Shown here piece after piece: positions 1 to 9,782 of a stretch of 64,000 nt of DNA (positions within the stretch are counted from its first letter, which is position 1; the number at the start of each line of letters is the position of its first letter). Source of the DNA: an uncultured Candidatus Saccharibacteria bacterium (GTDB lineage: Bacteria; Patescibacteriota; Minisyncoccia; Phycocordibacterales; Zambryskibacteraceae). The stretch lies in the NCBI GenBank assembly GCA_964651655.1, contig CAZYVS010000002.1, positions 29,471 to 93,470 of the forward strand, given 5' to 3'. A model generated the notes under the pieces. That model saw nothing but the letters and a program-made list of their open reading frames with translations, made no database searches and was not told where the DNA came from. The translations under genes were made by a program, and so were the position numbers.

Positions 1-924
1 GTCTTTTTCCCGCCTGTAGAGTCCAAACTTTTTGAATCCGATATCCGAGGCAATTTCGAAGGTGTGGGTATGGAAATAGTCGCTCAAGATGGCGCCATTA
101 CTGTTGTCGCTCCTCTCAAAAATTCCCCGGCTGACGAAGCCGGCATCATGGCAGGTGACAGAATTATCAAAATTAACAACAAAGAAACCGTCAGTCTCTC
201 TACCGAAGAAGCTGTGCAGATTATCCGAGGGCCCAAAGGCACAAAAGTGACTTTAACAATATTTAGAAACGGCATAAAAGAACCATTCGAGATAAAGGTG
301 GTCCGCGATGTCATAGATGTCCCGACTATCAATACTAAAGAATTACCGGGAGGAATCTTTGTTATTGAACTTTATAATTTCTCGGCTCAATCTCCTAACT
401 TCTTTCGTCTGGCTCTTCGTGAATTTATCCTTTCAAATAACGATAAGTTGATTCTTGATCTGCGCGGCAATCCGGGAGGATATCTGGAAGCGGCCATAGA
501 TATGGCCAGCTGGTTTCTGCCTTCCAGTAAAATAGTGGTTAAGGAAGATTTTGGCTCGTCAAAAGAAGAGAAAATCTACCGAAGCAAGGGTTATAACGTA
601 TTCAATGATAGTTTAAAAATGGTCATATTGGTAGATGGCGGATCCGCTTCCGCCTCTGAAATATTGGCCGGTGCCCTTTCTGAACACGGAATAGCCACTT
701 TAGTGGGGGATAAGACTTTTGGCAAAGGTTCCGTCCAAGAGCTCGTCAATATTACTTCGGACACATCTCTGAAAGTAACCATAGCCAGATGGCTGACTCC
801 CAATGGTTTGTCCATTTCCCAAAATGGCATTGAACCGGAATTTCTCGTAAAATACAACAGCGACAATAGGGAGGCTGGGCGCGACCCGCAACTTGAAAAG
901 GCGATTGAAATTTTAAAGCAGTGA
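1..924 (+). CDS. ctpA: Carboxyl-terminal processing protease, S41 family (5' end outside window)
   Basis: PDZ segment, [18 protein letters not shown] and KTFGKGSVQ motifs; frame open from base 1. Confidence 0.92.
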   Translation, partial: VFFPPVESKLFESDIRGNFEGVGMEIVAQDGAITVVAPLKNSPADEAGIMAGDRIIKINNKETVSLSTEEAVQIIRGPKGTKVTLTIFRNGIKEPFEIKVVRDVIDVPTINTKELPGGIFVIELYNFSAQSPNFFRLALREFILSNNDKLILDLRGNPGGYLEAAIDMASWFLPSSKIVVKEDFGSSKEEKIYRSKGYNVFNDSLKMVILVDGGSASASEILAGALSEHGIATLVGDKTFGKGSVQELVNITSDTSLKVTIARWLTPNGLSISQNGIEPEFLVKYNSDNREAGRDPQLEKAIEILKQ

Positions 925-1208
925 AAATAATTTTACTTAAAGATATCAAGGGAATAGGGAAGAGGTTTGAGGAAAAAAATGTTTCTGATGGCTACGCTAA
1001 TAATTTTTTAATCCCTAAGAACCTAGCGGTACCCGTCAGTCCGACTTCTTTAAACATGATTAAACAAATGAAAGAGCGGAGTGAGAAAAACAGAGCGGAA
1101 GAAGAAAAAGAAATAAATGAAAAAATATTAAAACGTAAGGAAAAACATGAGGCGCTTGAAAAGTTTAGACAGGCTAGCCTCGCCGCCGCAGAATTTAGGC
1201 GGGAATAA
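921..1208 (+). CDS. rplI: Ribosomal protein L9, N-terminal domain plus helix only
   Basis: [14 protein letters not shown]...[16 protein letters not shown] is the L9 N-domain; 95 aa, no C-domain. Confidence 0.85.
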   Translation: MKIILLKDIKGIGKRFEEKNVSDGYANNFLIPKNLAVPVSPTSLNMIKQMKERSEKNRAEEEKEINEKILKRKEKHEALEKFRQASLAAAEFRRE

Positions 1209-1473
1209 CGTGCATCACCTTCTTTTTGACCACTTTATTGTTAAAATGAATTTTGCGCTTGTAACCAATAGAAACCAGACCGTCTCTAATAGCAAAGAGG
1301 GTGTGATCGCCGCCCATGGAAACATTTTTGCCGGCCAACACATCCGAACCTCGTTGACGCACCAAAACAGACCCGGCTTTGGCAGAACTTCCCGGGGAAA
1401 TCTTGACGCCGAGATATTTCGGGTTGGAATCTCGACCGTTTTTACTTGTACCCGCCGATTTTTTATGTGCCAT
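1195..1473 (-). CDS. rpmA: 50S ribosomal protein L27
   Basis: [24 protein letters not shown]; LVRQRG; DHTLFA. Confidence 0.97.
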   Translation of the reverse strand: MAHKKSAGTSKNGRDSNPKYLGVKISPGSSAKAGSVLVRQRGSDVLAGKNVSMGGDHTLFAIRDGLVSIGYKRKIHFNNKVVKKKVMHVIPA

Positions 1474-1484
1474 AATTAAGTCGT

Positions 1485-1928
1485 ATGAGTTTACAGGATA
1501 TCTTAAATAAAATCAAGCCCCAATCTCAAGTCGAGATTGTTGAATTTAATGAGAAAGGGGAGATAGAATCTTTTCCTTTGTTTCGAAAACTTTTTTTATC
1601 CATCGTCATAATTTTGGTAGTCTCATTATCTTTTGGTATCGGACGATTATCGGTGATGGGGAAGAGGGAAGCGGTCAAAATCGAGTATGATCCAGAAATT
1701 TCTAATACCCCGCTCTTAACACCAAAGGAACAAATGGCCTCGGTTGTACAAGCGATATCCAAATCCAACAATGAGGTAATAACTTCTAAGAATGGCACCC
1801 GTTATCATTATTCGCATTGCCCAGGCGCCAAACAAATCAAAGAAGCCAATAAAATCGTTTTTGCAACACCGGCGGCGGCCGAAGCGGCCGGTTATACTCT
1901 GGCGGCCAATTGTTCACCCAAACCCTAA
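1485..1928 (+). CDS. Membrane-anchored protein with C-terminal Ada metal-binding-like domain
   Basis: One TM helix; [26 protein letters not shown]...AEAAGY...C pattern. Confidence 0.65.
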   Translation: MSLQDILNKIKPQSQVEIVEFNEKGEIESFPLFRKLFLSIVIILVVSLSFGIGRLSVMGKREAVKIEYDPEISNTPLLTPKEQMASVVQAISKSNNEVITSKNGTRYHYSHCPGAKQIKEANKIVFATPAAAEAAGYTLAANCSPKP

Positions 1929-1993
1929 GGTCTAGGTTATCAATAATATGGCTTAGTAGAGCCATTCTGTAAATATTTCGCCATTTAAATTAC

Positions 1994-2022
1994 TTGACTT
2001 CAAGAGTTGAATATGATAGTCT
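1994..2022 (+). promoter_or_regulatory. Sigma70-type promoter with extended -10
   Basis: TTGACT-17 nt-TAGTCT preceded by TG. Confidence 0.6.
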
Positions 2023-2108
2023 GTAGAGGAGTCAGCAGGTGCTGGCTTTTCGTTTAGGAGAGCTCTTACAGTTATGGCCACCTAAAATTAGAAATTTAAT
2101 TTACTGTT

Positions 2109-2600
2109 ATTTTACAGCTTACGACCATTAGTCTTCTCTTAAGCTTCTCATCCGGAGCGTTTGCAGTATTACCCGCGATACCATCGCTCGTCATGCCTAC
2201 GATCAGTCCGGAGGTAACGGTAGAGCCGGTGCCTAAAGAAGCCAGGGCCGAAGACTATCAGCCGATTACAGATTCGAGAAACGTCGAGAAATTCATTAAT
2301 GATTATTTCGCCGACATTCCTGTTCTCGCCCAAATTGCCAAATGCGAGTCGCGCTATCGCCAATTTAACTCAAAGGGCGAAGTGCTAAGAGGAGAAAAAA
2401 ACCGCTACGACAGAGGCGTGATGCAGATCAATGTTTTGTACCATGCTCAAACTGCCGAAGAATTGGGGTTGAACCTGCAAAACATAGACGACAACGTCGC
2501 TTATGCCCGTTATCTCTATGAGAGAGAAGGCGCCAAACCTTGGATGTCTTCATCAAAGTGTTGGGCCAAGTTCAATCAATCTGAAATCGCCAGGAGTTAA
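2109..2600 (+). CDS. Secreted lysozyme/transglycosylase-like protein; start uncertain (ATG 2193 or non-ATG near 2109)
   Basis: IAKCESRYRQF, DRGVMQIN, NVAYARYLY, PW..S..CW; upstream in-frame codons read as a signal peptide. Confidence 0.7.
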   Translation: MLQLTTISLLLSFSSGAFAVLPAIPSLVMPTISPEVTVEPVPKEARAEDYQPITDSRNVEKFINDYFADIPVLAQIAKCESRYRQFNSKGEVLRGEKNRYDRGVMQINVLYHAQTAEELGLNLQNIDDNVAYARYLYEREGAKPWMSSSKCWAKFNQSEIARS

Positions 2601-2604
2601 TCCT

Positions 2605-2649
2605 CAAACAACCCCCACCATAACCGGCGGGGGTTGTTTGTATTTTATT
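2605..2649 (+). terminator. Intrinsic terminator
   Basis: CAAACAACCCCC/GGGGGTTGTTTG stem then T-rich tail. Confidence 0.75.
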
Positions 2650-2681
2650 GCAGGGTAGGGCACTTTTAGTTTATTGTAGGG

Positions 2682-2706
2682 TGTCGCACAATATATCTTT
2701 GCGACA
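2682..2706. repeat. Solo inverted repeat TGTCGCA-N11-TGCGACA
   Basis: Seen directly in AT-rich non-coding DNA. Confidence 0.5.
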
Positions 2707-2932
2707 TTATGATCATCTCCAATAAGCTGAAACTGAACCACATTTATCACATTTATAATGTGCTATAGCATAAGTTAGATGTATCCCCTATCATGTATCA
2801 CACATCTTCACACTACAATTTAAAATCTAATTAAAATTTAAGTAGTAAAATTTTCTTATAAAAAATGACATTAAAAAAATACCCCCTCTCCCCCATTTTG
2901 ACCAATAGGGAAGTTTTAAGATTTTACCTGTG

Positions 2933-3862
2933 TTATGTGTTATGTAAAAAATATTTTAATAAAGCCATACGGACTATAAGTCCATATTTAGCCTGTTTAA
3001 AATACACAGCCTTGGGAGATATATCAACTTCAGAAGTAATTTCATCAATCCTGGGTAATGGATGCATAATGATACTCTTTGATTTCATTTTATTTGCTTC
3101 TTTCATGGTTAAAATATAACTGCCCTTATACTTGTTATACTTCTCAATTGTGTCGAATCTTTCTTTCTGAATTCTTGTCTGATACAAGACATCTATATCC
3201 GACAAAACATCATCGAACCTATTACACTCTCTGAAGGAAATTTTGTGTTTATTTAAATAATCCTTGATGTCATTTCCTATTGAGAGTTCTTGTGGTGAGA
3301 CGAGGAACATTTCTATGTCTTTATATTTACCCAACAAGTATGTTAAAGATCTTACGGTTCTACCGTTCTTAAGATCACCGACAAAAGCGATCTTAATTCC
3401 ATTAATCTTATTTAACTCGCATCTTATCGTGTATAGGTCAAGCAAGGCTTGGGTCGGATGCTGACCAGCCCCATCGCCTGCATTGATGATCGGAATACTT
3501 GAAACTCTAGCGGCTCTTTCTGAAGCGCCTTTTTCAGAATGCCTTAAAACAATAATATCAGCGTAATGATTAACGACTCTAATAGTATCTTCCAGAGTTT
3601 CTCCCTTTGCCGCCGAAGAAAATTCTTGAGCATTGTCGGTAGTGATAACATTACCTCCTAGACGAAGCATGGCTGATTCGAAGGAAAAACGTGTCCGAGT
3701 ACTTGGTTCATAGAAAAGAGAGGCCATAATCTTCCCTTCCAGACCACCTGTTTTATACCCATCATTTTTTAAGAAAGAGTCCGCAATTTTAAAAAGACCA
3801 TTGAGAATCTTGAGTTCAAATTGCTGAGATTCAACTAAATGCCTCATGTGGTTTCTGGGCAT
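2933..3862 (-). CDS. pyrB: Aspartate carbamoyltransferase catalytic subunit
   Basis: FYEPSTRTRFSF, HPTQALLD, TRIQKERF, MHPLPR. Confidence 0.95.
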   Translation of the reverse strand: MPRNHMRHLVESQQFELKILNGLFKIADSFLKNDGYKTGGLEGKIMASLFYEPSTRTRFSFESAMLRLGGNVITTDNAQEFSSAAKGETLEDTIRVVNHYADIIVLRHSEKGASERAARVSSIPIINAGDGAGQHPTQALLDLYTIRCELNKINGIKIAFVGDLKNGRTVRSLTYLLGKYKDIEMFLVSPQELSIGNDIKDYLNKHKISFRECNRFDDVLSDIDVLYQTRIQKERFDTIEKYNKYKGSYILTMKEANKMKSKSIIMHPLPRIDEITSEVDISPKAVYFKQAKYGLIVRMALLKYFLHNT

Positions 3863-3894
3863 TCTACCACACAGGTCAATTCTCCCCTATTCTT

Positions 3895-4005
3895 TTATTT
3901 ATCCAAAAGGCCGGTCCACCATTTGAAAGTAAAGGTCATTAAAAGATAAGCCGGTAAATAAATGGGTATTAAAATGAAAAACAAAATTATTCGCAATGCT
4001 TTCAT
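3895..4005 (-). CDS. Small hydrophobic protein (36 aa), not in ORF track
   Basis: Manual translation MKALRIILFFILIPIYLPAYLLMTFTFKWWTGLLDK; fills the gap, 8 nt after the previous stop. Confidence 0.5.
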   Translation of the reverse strand: MKALRIILFFILIPIYLPAYLLMTFTFKWWTGLLDK

Positions 4006-4013
4006 AAAAATTT

Positions 4014-4247
4014 TCATATAGATTGTCGAGTCGAGAACAATGCTAAAATCATTCGCCAAACATAGAGAGTGGGAATTTTCGCATAGGACCAGGTAACACT
4101 TAGTACGTCTTTTATGTAATTTATAGTATTTCTCCCCTGCTCTGAATTGGCCGCGTCAATAATAGACCAATTAAAAAAATATTTAAGGAGAGCTAGGGCG
4201 ATAACAACAAGTATCAACCAGCTGATAAAACCTTTACTTCTCGGCAT
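4014..4247 (-). CDS. Small membrane protein
   Basis: N-terminal KGFI plus TM helix; TAAAAT 6 nt before ATG. Confidence 0.65.
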   Translation of the reverse strand: MPRSKGFISWLILVVIALALLKYFFNWSIIDAANSEQGRNTINYIKDVLSVTWSYAKIPTLYVWRMILALFSTRQSI

Positions 4248-4283
4248 AGTTATATTTTACCTCTCGACAAAGCTCGAGGCAAG

Positions 4284-5567
4284 TTAGAGAAGTGGCAGGT
4301 AGGCAAGAGGATCGAGATATGCGTCCCGGCCTTTTGCAATCGGAACAAAAACTTGCTTGCATCCGATGCTCGTCGTGAATTGTCTAATCTCCACACCTTG
4401 CGAGGCAAGAAGTCCAACATGAAGGTGCGGACCTTTAGAATATCCCGAACCATATGCGCCCGGTACTCCACCCGAATAGCCAATGATTTGTTTCGTTGTC
4501 ACCCTTTGGCCCTTTTGCACGAGCGAGGCGGAGAGATGGGCATAGATACTTGAAAGACCATTATCGTGTTTGACAAGTATCCAGCGTCCATACGAATAAC
4601 ATCCTCGCTGGTCGTCCGTATTGCCGGTACCTTCAACCACTCCGGAGAGCACAGAACGGATAGGAGTACCCATAGAAGCCCTTAAATCCAGACCGTTATG
4701 GAAACAGTCGGCGCCGCCATAAATGTTGCAATCCGACCTACCAAAACGTCCCGTAATAAAGACCTGATCCAAGGGCCAAGCAAGAATCCCCCGTTTGGGT
4801 TCCGGGAAAAGCGAAGGGTCAAGTGTGATACGCAATTCCTGTTCCAGTCTATATAGATCGGTTTCCGATTCTTTCTGCCGCGCCATGTTTTCTTGAATAA
4901 GCTTTTGATAAGCCGCTTCTTTATTTTTGGTCGCGGCCAGAAGCTTTTCTTTCGCTTTCTGATTCTCTTCCACAACCGATTTTTGGCCGCTCAACTGCCC
5001 GCGCAAACTCACTTGTTCTTCTTTAACTTTTTCTTTCTCCGCTTTTTCCTGATTGAGAATTCTGCGAGTTTCGCGCAGAGCGGAAATTTCTTCTTCCAAA
5101 CGAGTATTCAGACCGGCGAGTTGACTCCCGTCTCTCCAAATATCCGAGAGTTTGACGGAAGCCAGTAGTTGAAGTATCAATGGACGAGCGTCATATTCGG
5201 ACAAGGCCAAAATGGTGTCGGCAATGGCGGTTCGATATGTGATAATTTGTTGTTCTTTTTCGCTCATAGAATTCTCAAGCGAACGGATATTCAAATCGGT
5301 GGAAGTAATTTTCGATTGGGTAATGCTGATATCCTTGGCCAATTTCTTTTTGGTGGCGTCAAGCGATTTGACCGCGCTGCCGAGGGTCTGGCTCTCTTTA
5401 TTAATTTCATCCAGCTCGGACTGAAGCTTCTTTTGTTCTTCAACAAGCACTTCCCTATTTCTTCGAACTTTATCTATTTGTTGTTCTAATTCACTCGGAT
5501 TGGCGGCATTTAGAACAAACGGTATGATTAAAAAAATAATAAAAATGCTGATAAATCCCCCGTTCAT
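4284..5567 (-). CDS. M23 peptidase with long coiled coil (EnvC-like)
   Basis: Signal peptide, coiled coil, HNGLD, YAHLS, GPHLH. Confidence 0.9.
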   Translation of the reverse strand: MNGGFISIFIIFLIIPFVLNAANPSELEQQIDKVRRNREVLVEEQKKLQSELDEINKESQTLGSAVKSLDATKKKLAKDISITQSKITSTDLNIRSLENSMSEKEQQIITYRTAIADTILALSEYDARPLILQLLASVKLSDIWRDGSQLAGLNTRLEEEISALRETRRILNQEKAEKEKVKEEQVSLRGQLSGQKSVVEENQKAKEKLLAATKNKEAAYQKLIQENMARQKESETDLYRLEQELRITLDPSLFPEPKRGILAWPLDQVFITGRFGRSDCNIYGGADCFHNGLDLRASMGTPIRSVLSGVVEGTGNTDDQRGCYSYGRWILVKHDNGLSSIYAHLSASLVQKGQRVTTKQIIGYSGGVPGAYGSGYSKGPHLHVGLLASQGVEIRQFTTSIGCKQVFVPIAKGRDAYLDPLAYLPLL

Positions 5568-6451
5568 TTAGTTCTTATTTTACCAAGATTGAAATGTTTC
5601 CGGTTCACCCAAGCCAGTTTTTTCTCATCAAAAATCGCACCCCCTTTATGAACTCTGGAGAAGTCAAAAACATTTATCAATTCATCAAGAGTAAAAATTT
5701 CCTGTTCCGTGCCGGGATTCCAGCCTAAAAGCGCGAGGTAATTGGTAATGGCTTCCGGCGAGTAGCCTTTACGGCGATAGTGATCAAGCGAAACCGACTC
5801 TCCGTGCTTGCGTTTGGAGAGTTTTGATCTGTCCGGAGCCAAAATCAGAGAGAGATGCGCGTACATTGGCCGCGGCGCGCCAATCGCTTCTTGGATTAAA
5901 ATTTGCCTGGGTGTGTTTGAGATGTGATCTTCGCCGCGAATGACATGTGTAATCCCCGATTCAAAATCATCGACTACAACAGCCAGATGATAAAGCGGTT
6001 CGTTAAGATTTCTGGCAATGATAAAATCTCCCAGTTCAGTGGTGTCAAACTCTACCTGACCACGAACTAAATCTTCAAAAACCACTTGTTTGTTAGGATT
6101 TCTAAAACGCACCACTTCCCTATTTTCACCTTCTATCTCCGTCGAAATATAAGCTTTGTCAGTTTGTATTAATTTATTCAAGTAAGACTTGTAAATGTCC
6201 GTGCGTTCAGACTGGTGCCAAAGCTCGCCATCCCATTCCAATTTAAGCCATTCGAGACTTTCAAAGATATCGCCTTCAAATTCTTTTTTTGATCTGGTCT
6301 TATCTGTGTCTTCCATTCTTAAAATAAATTTTCCATTATTTTTTCTAGCAAATAAAAAATTAAAAAGAGCCGTGCGCGCGCTACCAACGTGAAAACTGCC
6401 CGTCGGCGATGGCGCCATTCTTACTACTACTTTTTGATTATTGCCCGTCAT
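5564..6451 (-). CDS. gltX: Glutamate-tRNA ligase, catalytic domain only (295 aa)
   Basis: RMAPSPTG, HVGS, LRMEDTD, THVIRGEDH, KLSKR, LLGW. Confidence 0.85.
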   Translation of the reverse strand: MTGNNQKVVVRMAPSPTGSFHVGSARTALFNFLFARKNNGKFILRMEDTDKTRSKKEFEGDIFESLEWLKLEWDGELWHQSERTDIYKSYLNKLIQTDKAYISTEIEGENREVVRFRNPNKQVVFEDLVRGQVEFDTTELGDFIIARNLNEPLYHLAVVVDDFESGITHVIRGEDHISNTPRQILIQEAIGAPRPMYAHLSLILAPDRSKLSKRKHGESVSLDHYRRKGYSPEAITNYLALLGWNPGTEQEIFTLDELINVFDFSRVHKGGAIFDEKKLAWVNRKHFNLGKIRTK

Positions 6452-7593
6452 TTCTCTATCTCGTGCTCAAGAGCAATTTTTAGGACCTCTTCGGCAATCA
6501 AGCGCGCGGCGTTGGGCTTATAAAATGCCTTGGCCGCCGCTTTCATTTTTTCCCGCTCCGCCTCATTTGTCATCAGACGTTCAATTTCTGACGCGAGAAT
6601 ATTGGCGGTAAGATTATTTTCTTCTATCACTTCACAAGCCCCGGCGCGAGCGTAGGCAAAAGCGTTAGAATGCTGGTCGCGGCTGACCTTCTCGTTAATC
6701 GGAATGATGATTGACGGCACACCCCAAGCCGCAATCTCAAAAATGGTTGAACCGGCGCGAGAAATGACCAAAGAAGCCACTCCGGCCGCTGTGCGCATGG
6801 TCACGACATTCAAATAATCGATGGCCTTATATCTATCTTTATGGAGTGAATCAAAAAGCACGGCTTCGCTTGTGGCTCTCACTTCAACAATATTATTCTT
6901 GCCGGCTTGATGAATAATATTGTATTTTTTCACTAGATTCTTAAGATCTTCTAAAATAACATCGTTAATTTTTTGAGCTCCTTGCGAGCCGCCAAGCACT
7001 AAAATAACGGGTGTATTTTCTTCAATCTTTAAAAACTCGCGAGCGCCGGAAGTTATCGGTATAGCTATCTCTTGGCGCACCGGCTGTCCGGTATAAGCAA
7101 CCGCATTGGGCGGGAAATATTTAGCCGCCTCCTTATAAGAAACCGCGATGATTTTGGCAAATTTACCGGCCCATAAGTTCACTCTTCCCGGGATAGTATC
7201 GGATTCGTGAATAACCACAGGAATACGCAAAAGACGCGCCGCCATTAATACCGGGAAACTCGCGTATCCTCCCTTGCCAAAAACAACGTCTGGATAAAGC
7301 TTATACACCATATAAAAAGACGAGAGAACGCCCCAGCTCGTTTTTAACAAATCCAAGAAATTCGGAAAAAAAATCAACCAGTTGGCGGAACGGCGAATTT
7401 TGCCGGCGCTATTTTTTTTATAAATAATGCCGTGTTCAAAAAGCACTCCGGGGTTATAGGGCGCGGGAGCTATATAAAAAAGCTCCAGTTCAAGAAGTTT
7501 TTTTTTCTTGGCGAGATTGTTAAGTTCTTCGGCTATGGAAACTATCGGGTAAAAATGTCCCCCGGTACCACCGCCGGTAAATAAAATGCGCAT
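6448..7593 (-). CDS. murG: MurG GlcNAc transferase
   Basis: GGGTGGH, KGGYAS, HESD, GGSQGA, SRAG. Confidence 0.95.
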   Translation of the reverse strand: MRILFTGGGTGGHFYPIVSIAEELNNLAKKKKLLELELFYIAPAPYNPGVLFEHGIIYKKNSAGKIRRSANWLIFFPNFLDLLKTSWGVLSSFYMVYKLYPDVVFGKGGYASFPVLMAARLLRIPVVIHESDTIPGRVNLWAGKFAKIIAVSYKEAAKYFPPNAVAYTGQPVRQEIAIPITSGAREFLKIEENTPVILVLGGSQGAQKINDVILEDLKNLVKKYNIIHQAGKNNIVEVRATSEAVLFDSLHKDRYKAIDYLNVVTMRTAAGVASLVISRAGSTIFEIAAWGVPSIIIPINEKVSRDQHSNAFAYARAGACEVIEENNLTANILASEIERLMTNEAEREKMKAAAKAFYKPNAARLIAEEVLKIALEHEIEK

Positions 7594-7601
7594 TGTTTTT
7601 T

Positions 7602-7626
7602 ATTTATAGTGAGCTTAGTCGAACTA
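7602..7626 (-). repeat. Stop-codon-anchored intergenic motif, copy 1
   Basis: TAGTTCGACTAAGCTCACTATAAAT between ftsW and murG. Confidence 0.85.
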
Positions 7627-8733
7627 AGACCCCTTGTTTTTGGAAATAGAGAGAATAATGCCCACTTCAATCAGAGTGACGAAGAGAGAGGTGCCGCCGT
7701 GACTGACAAAGGGTAAAGTAATGCCTGACAACGGAATGACCCCGAGCATGGCGCCGATATTGACGAATGCTTGGGACGTTATCATTATAACAATTCCGAT
7801 GACCGTGAGTCTAGCAAAAATATTTGTCGTCTCCGACGCAATTTTGAGGCCGCGGGCGGCAAAGAGAACAAACATTAACAGTAAAAAAACCGCGCCGACA
7901 AAACCAAACTCCTCTGCAGCGACAGCAAAAATCGAATCTCCGATCGGCTCGGGCAGATAAGTAAACTTCTGAACACTTTGGCCAAATCCACGGCCAAAGA
8001 GGCCGCCAGAACCAACCGCGATGAGGGCTTGCTGGACTTGATAGCTTGCCCCTTGGGCGTCCACTTGGGTATTTAAATATGTGGTAATGCGTTGCATGAT
8101 ATACGGCCGGGTAAAAGCCAGAAACGCTAAGCCAATACTCCCGGCCAGAATAACCATCCAGACGTAGCGCCATTTTCCCCCCGCTACGATAAACATAGCC
8201 ATGCCGGCAAAGATAATCAGAAGGAAATTATCAGTGTCAGGTTGGTTTAAAAGAAGCAGGGCCGAAATAATCAAGAGAATAAGAAGCGGTAAGAAACCCC
8301 ATCGGAAAGTTTTTATTTTCTCCTTCACTCCGGCAGCCCAAGCCGCAAAATAAATAATAAAAGCCAGCTTTAATATTTCAGAGGTCTGAAAAGAAATACC
8401 GCCAAGCACAATCCAGCGCCGAGCGCCAGCGTGTTCAAAACCGATTTCCGGCACCAATACCAAAATATTGAGGATAATAGCGGCCGCCAGAAGCCAGAAA
8501 GCGGATTTTTTCCAGAACTGAAAGTCTAAACGCGAAACAGTCGTCATCGCTATCGTGCCCAAAAATAAACCAAAAACAGTCTGTGAAAAAACAATGTTTG
8601 AATAGTTTGAATTTTCTTTTGCCAGAAGAGCGAGAGCGGCGGAACTGAAAATAAAAAAACCGGATATTATTAAAATGATGGAAATGAATAAAAACGATTT
8701 ATCAACTTTTCTGCGACTTACCATACTTACCAT
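7624..8733 (-). CDS. ftsW: SEDS peptidoglycan polymerase FtsW
   Basis: GARRWI, FQTSEILK, QPD, GGLFGRG, AEEFG, LPFVSHGGTS. Confidence 0.92.
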   Translation of the reverse strand: MVSMVSRRKVDKSFLFISIILIISGFFIFSSAALALLAKENSNYSNIVFSQTVFGLFLGTIAMTTVSRLDFQFWKKSAFWLLAAAIILNILVLVPEIGFEHAGARRWIVLGGISFQTSEILKLAFIIYFAAWAAGVKEKIKTFRWGFLPLLILLIISALLLLNQPDTDNFLLIIFAGMAMFIVAGGKWRYVWMVILAGSIGLAFLAFTRPYIMQRITTYLNTQVDAQGASYQVQQALIAVGSGGLFGRGFGQSVQKFTYLPEPIGDSIFAVAAEEFGFVGAVFLLLMFVLFAARGLKIASETTNIFARLTVIGIVIMITSQAFVNIGAMLGVIPLSGITLPFVSHGGTSLFVTLIEVGIILSISKNKGS

Positions 8734-8735
8734 AA

Positions 8736-9782
8736 TTAACTAATGAGCGCCAGAATAACACCAGTAATGGCACTAATGACAGAGACTATCCAGTAGCGCA
8801 TCACCACTTTTTCCCTCGGCCAACCCAAAGCCTGAAAGTGGTGATGAAGAGGTGTCACTCTAAAAATTTTTCTCTTAAAAAATTTATAGAAAATGTAAAC
8901 TTGAATAATGACAGAGGCGGAAGTGGCCACCAACGGCAAGGCAATAATGGGCAAAAGAAGCACCGAATCTGTGAGAAAAGCGATGACTGAAAGCGCTACA
9001 GTCAGGGCCATCATCCCCGTCTCCCCCATATAGAAACGCGCCGGCGGCACATTGAACCATAAGAAAGCAAGGATGGCGCCGGCGATGGCGCCGGCAAGAG
9101 CGGAAATATCAATTTGATTATTGACGAAGGCAATAACGGCGAAAGCGGTAAAGACCGAAGCCAGAACTCCGCCGGCCAGGCCGTCAATACCGTCAATCAC
9201 GGAAGTTGAGAAGGTGGCCAGCATAACAATAATAAAGAAAGGTATGAACCAAATCCCTAAATACCAATCGCCGTTAAACGGAATGTGAACGGAATTAAAA
9301 TCAAGTTTATAGTAGAACCACAAACTGATAGCGAGCCCGATACCGATAACTGAAATAGTTTTAATTTTGCGGTAAATCAGAGCATCTTGAGCAAAACGAC
9401 CATGGCCGTAAATATGCACCAGATCGTCTGCCAATCCTATCAAAGCGGCCAAGAAAAAGGCCCCCAACGGCACCAGAGTTTGCGAACGGGAAAAGAAATT
9501 CAGTTTTAAGGTCAAATCGGACGGCATCATTAATGAAAGAAAATAAATGGCGCCAACGGTCAAAAGCACCGCGACCCAAATTATTATTCCGCCCACTTTT
9601 GGGACGCTAAGTTCATGTTCTGTATTATGAATATTTTTAAAAGCCTCGGAAGTGCCGGCGTTCGTCCTGGGCGACTTTTTCCACATTTTGTACCGATAAA
9701 AATATCTGGTAAAAAAAGGAGTAATAAGAACACCTATAAAAAAGGTAAGAACCGTTGGTAAAATGATTTTTAGAATATCCAT
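8736..9782 (-). CDS. mraY: Phospho-MurNAc-pentapeptide transferase
   Basis: GLADD, DGIDGL, FLWFNVPPARFYMGETG, PLHHHF. Confidence 0.93.
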   Translation of the reverse strand: MDILKIILPTVLTFFIGVLITPFFTRYFYRYKMWKKSPRTNAGTSEAFKNIHNTEHELSVPKVGGIIIWVAVLLTVGAIYFLSLMMPSDLTLKLNFFSRSQTLVPLGAFFLAALIGLADDLVHIYGHGRFAQDALIYRKIKTISVIGIGLAISLWFYYKLDFNSVHIPFNGDWYLGIWFIPFFIIVMLATFSTSVIDGIDGLAGGVLASVFTAFAVIAFVNNQIDISALAGAIAGAILAFLWFNVPPARFYMGETGMMALTVALSVIAFLTDSVLLLPIIALPLVATSASVIIQVYIFYKFFKRKIFRVTPLHHHFQALGWPREKVVMRYWIVSVISAITGVILALIS

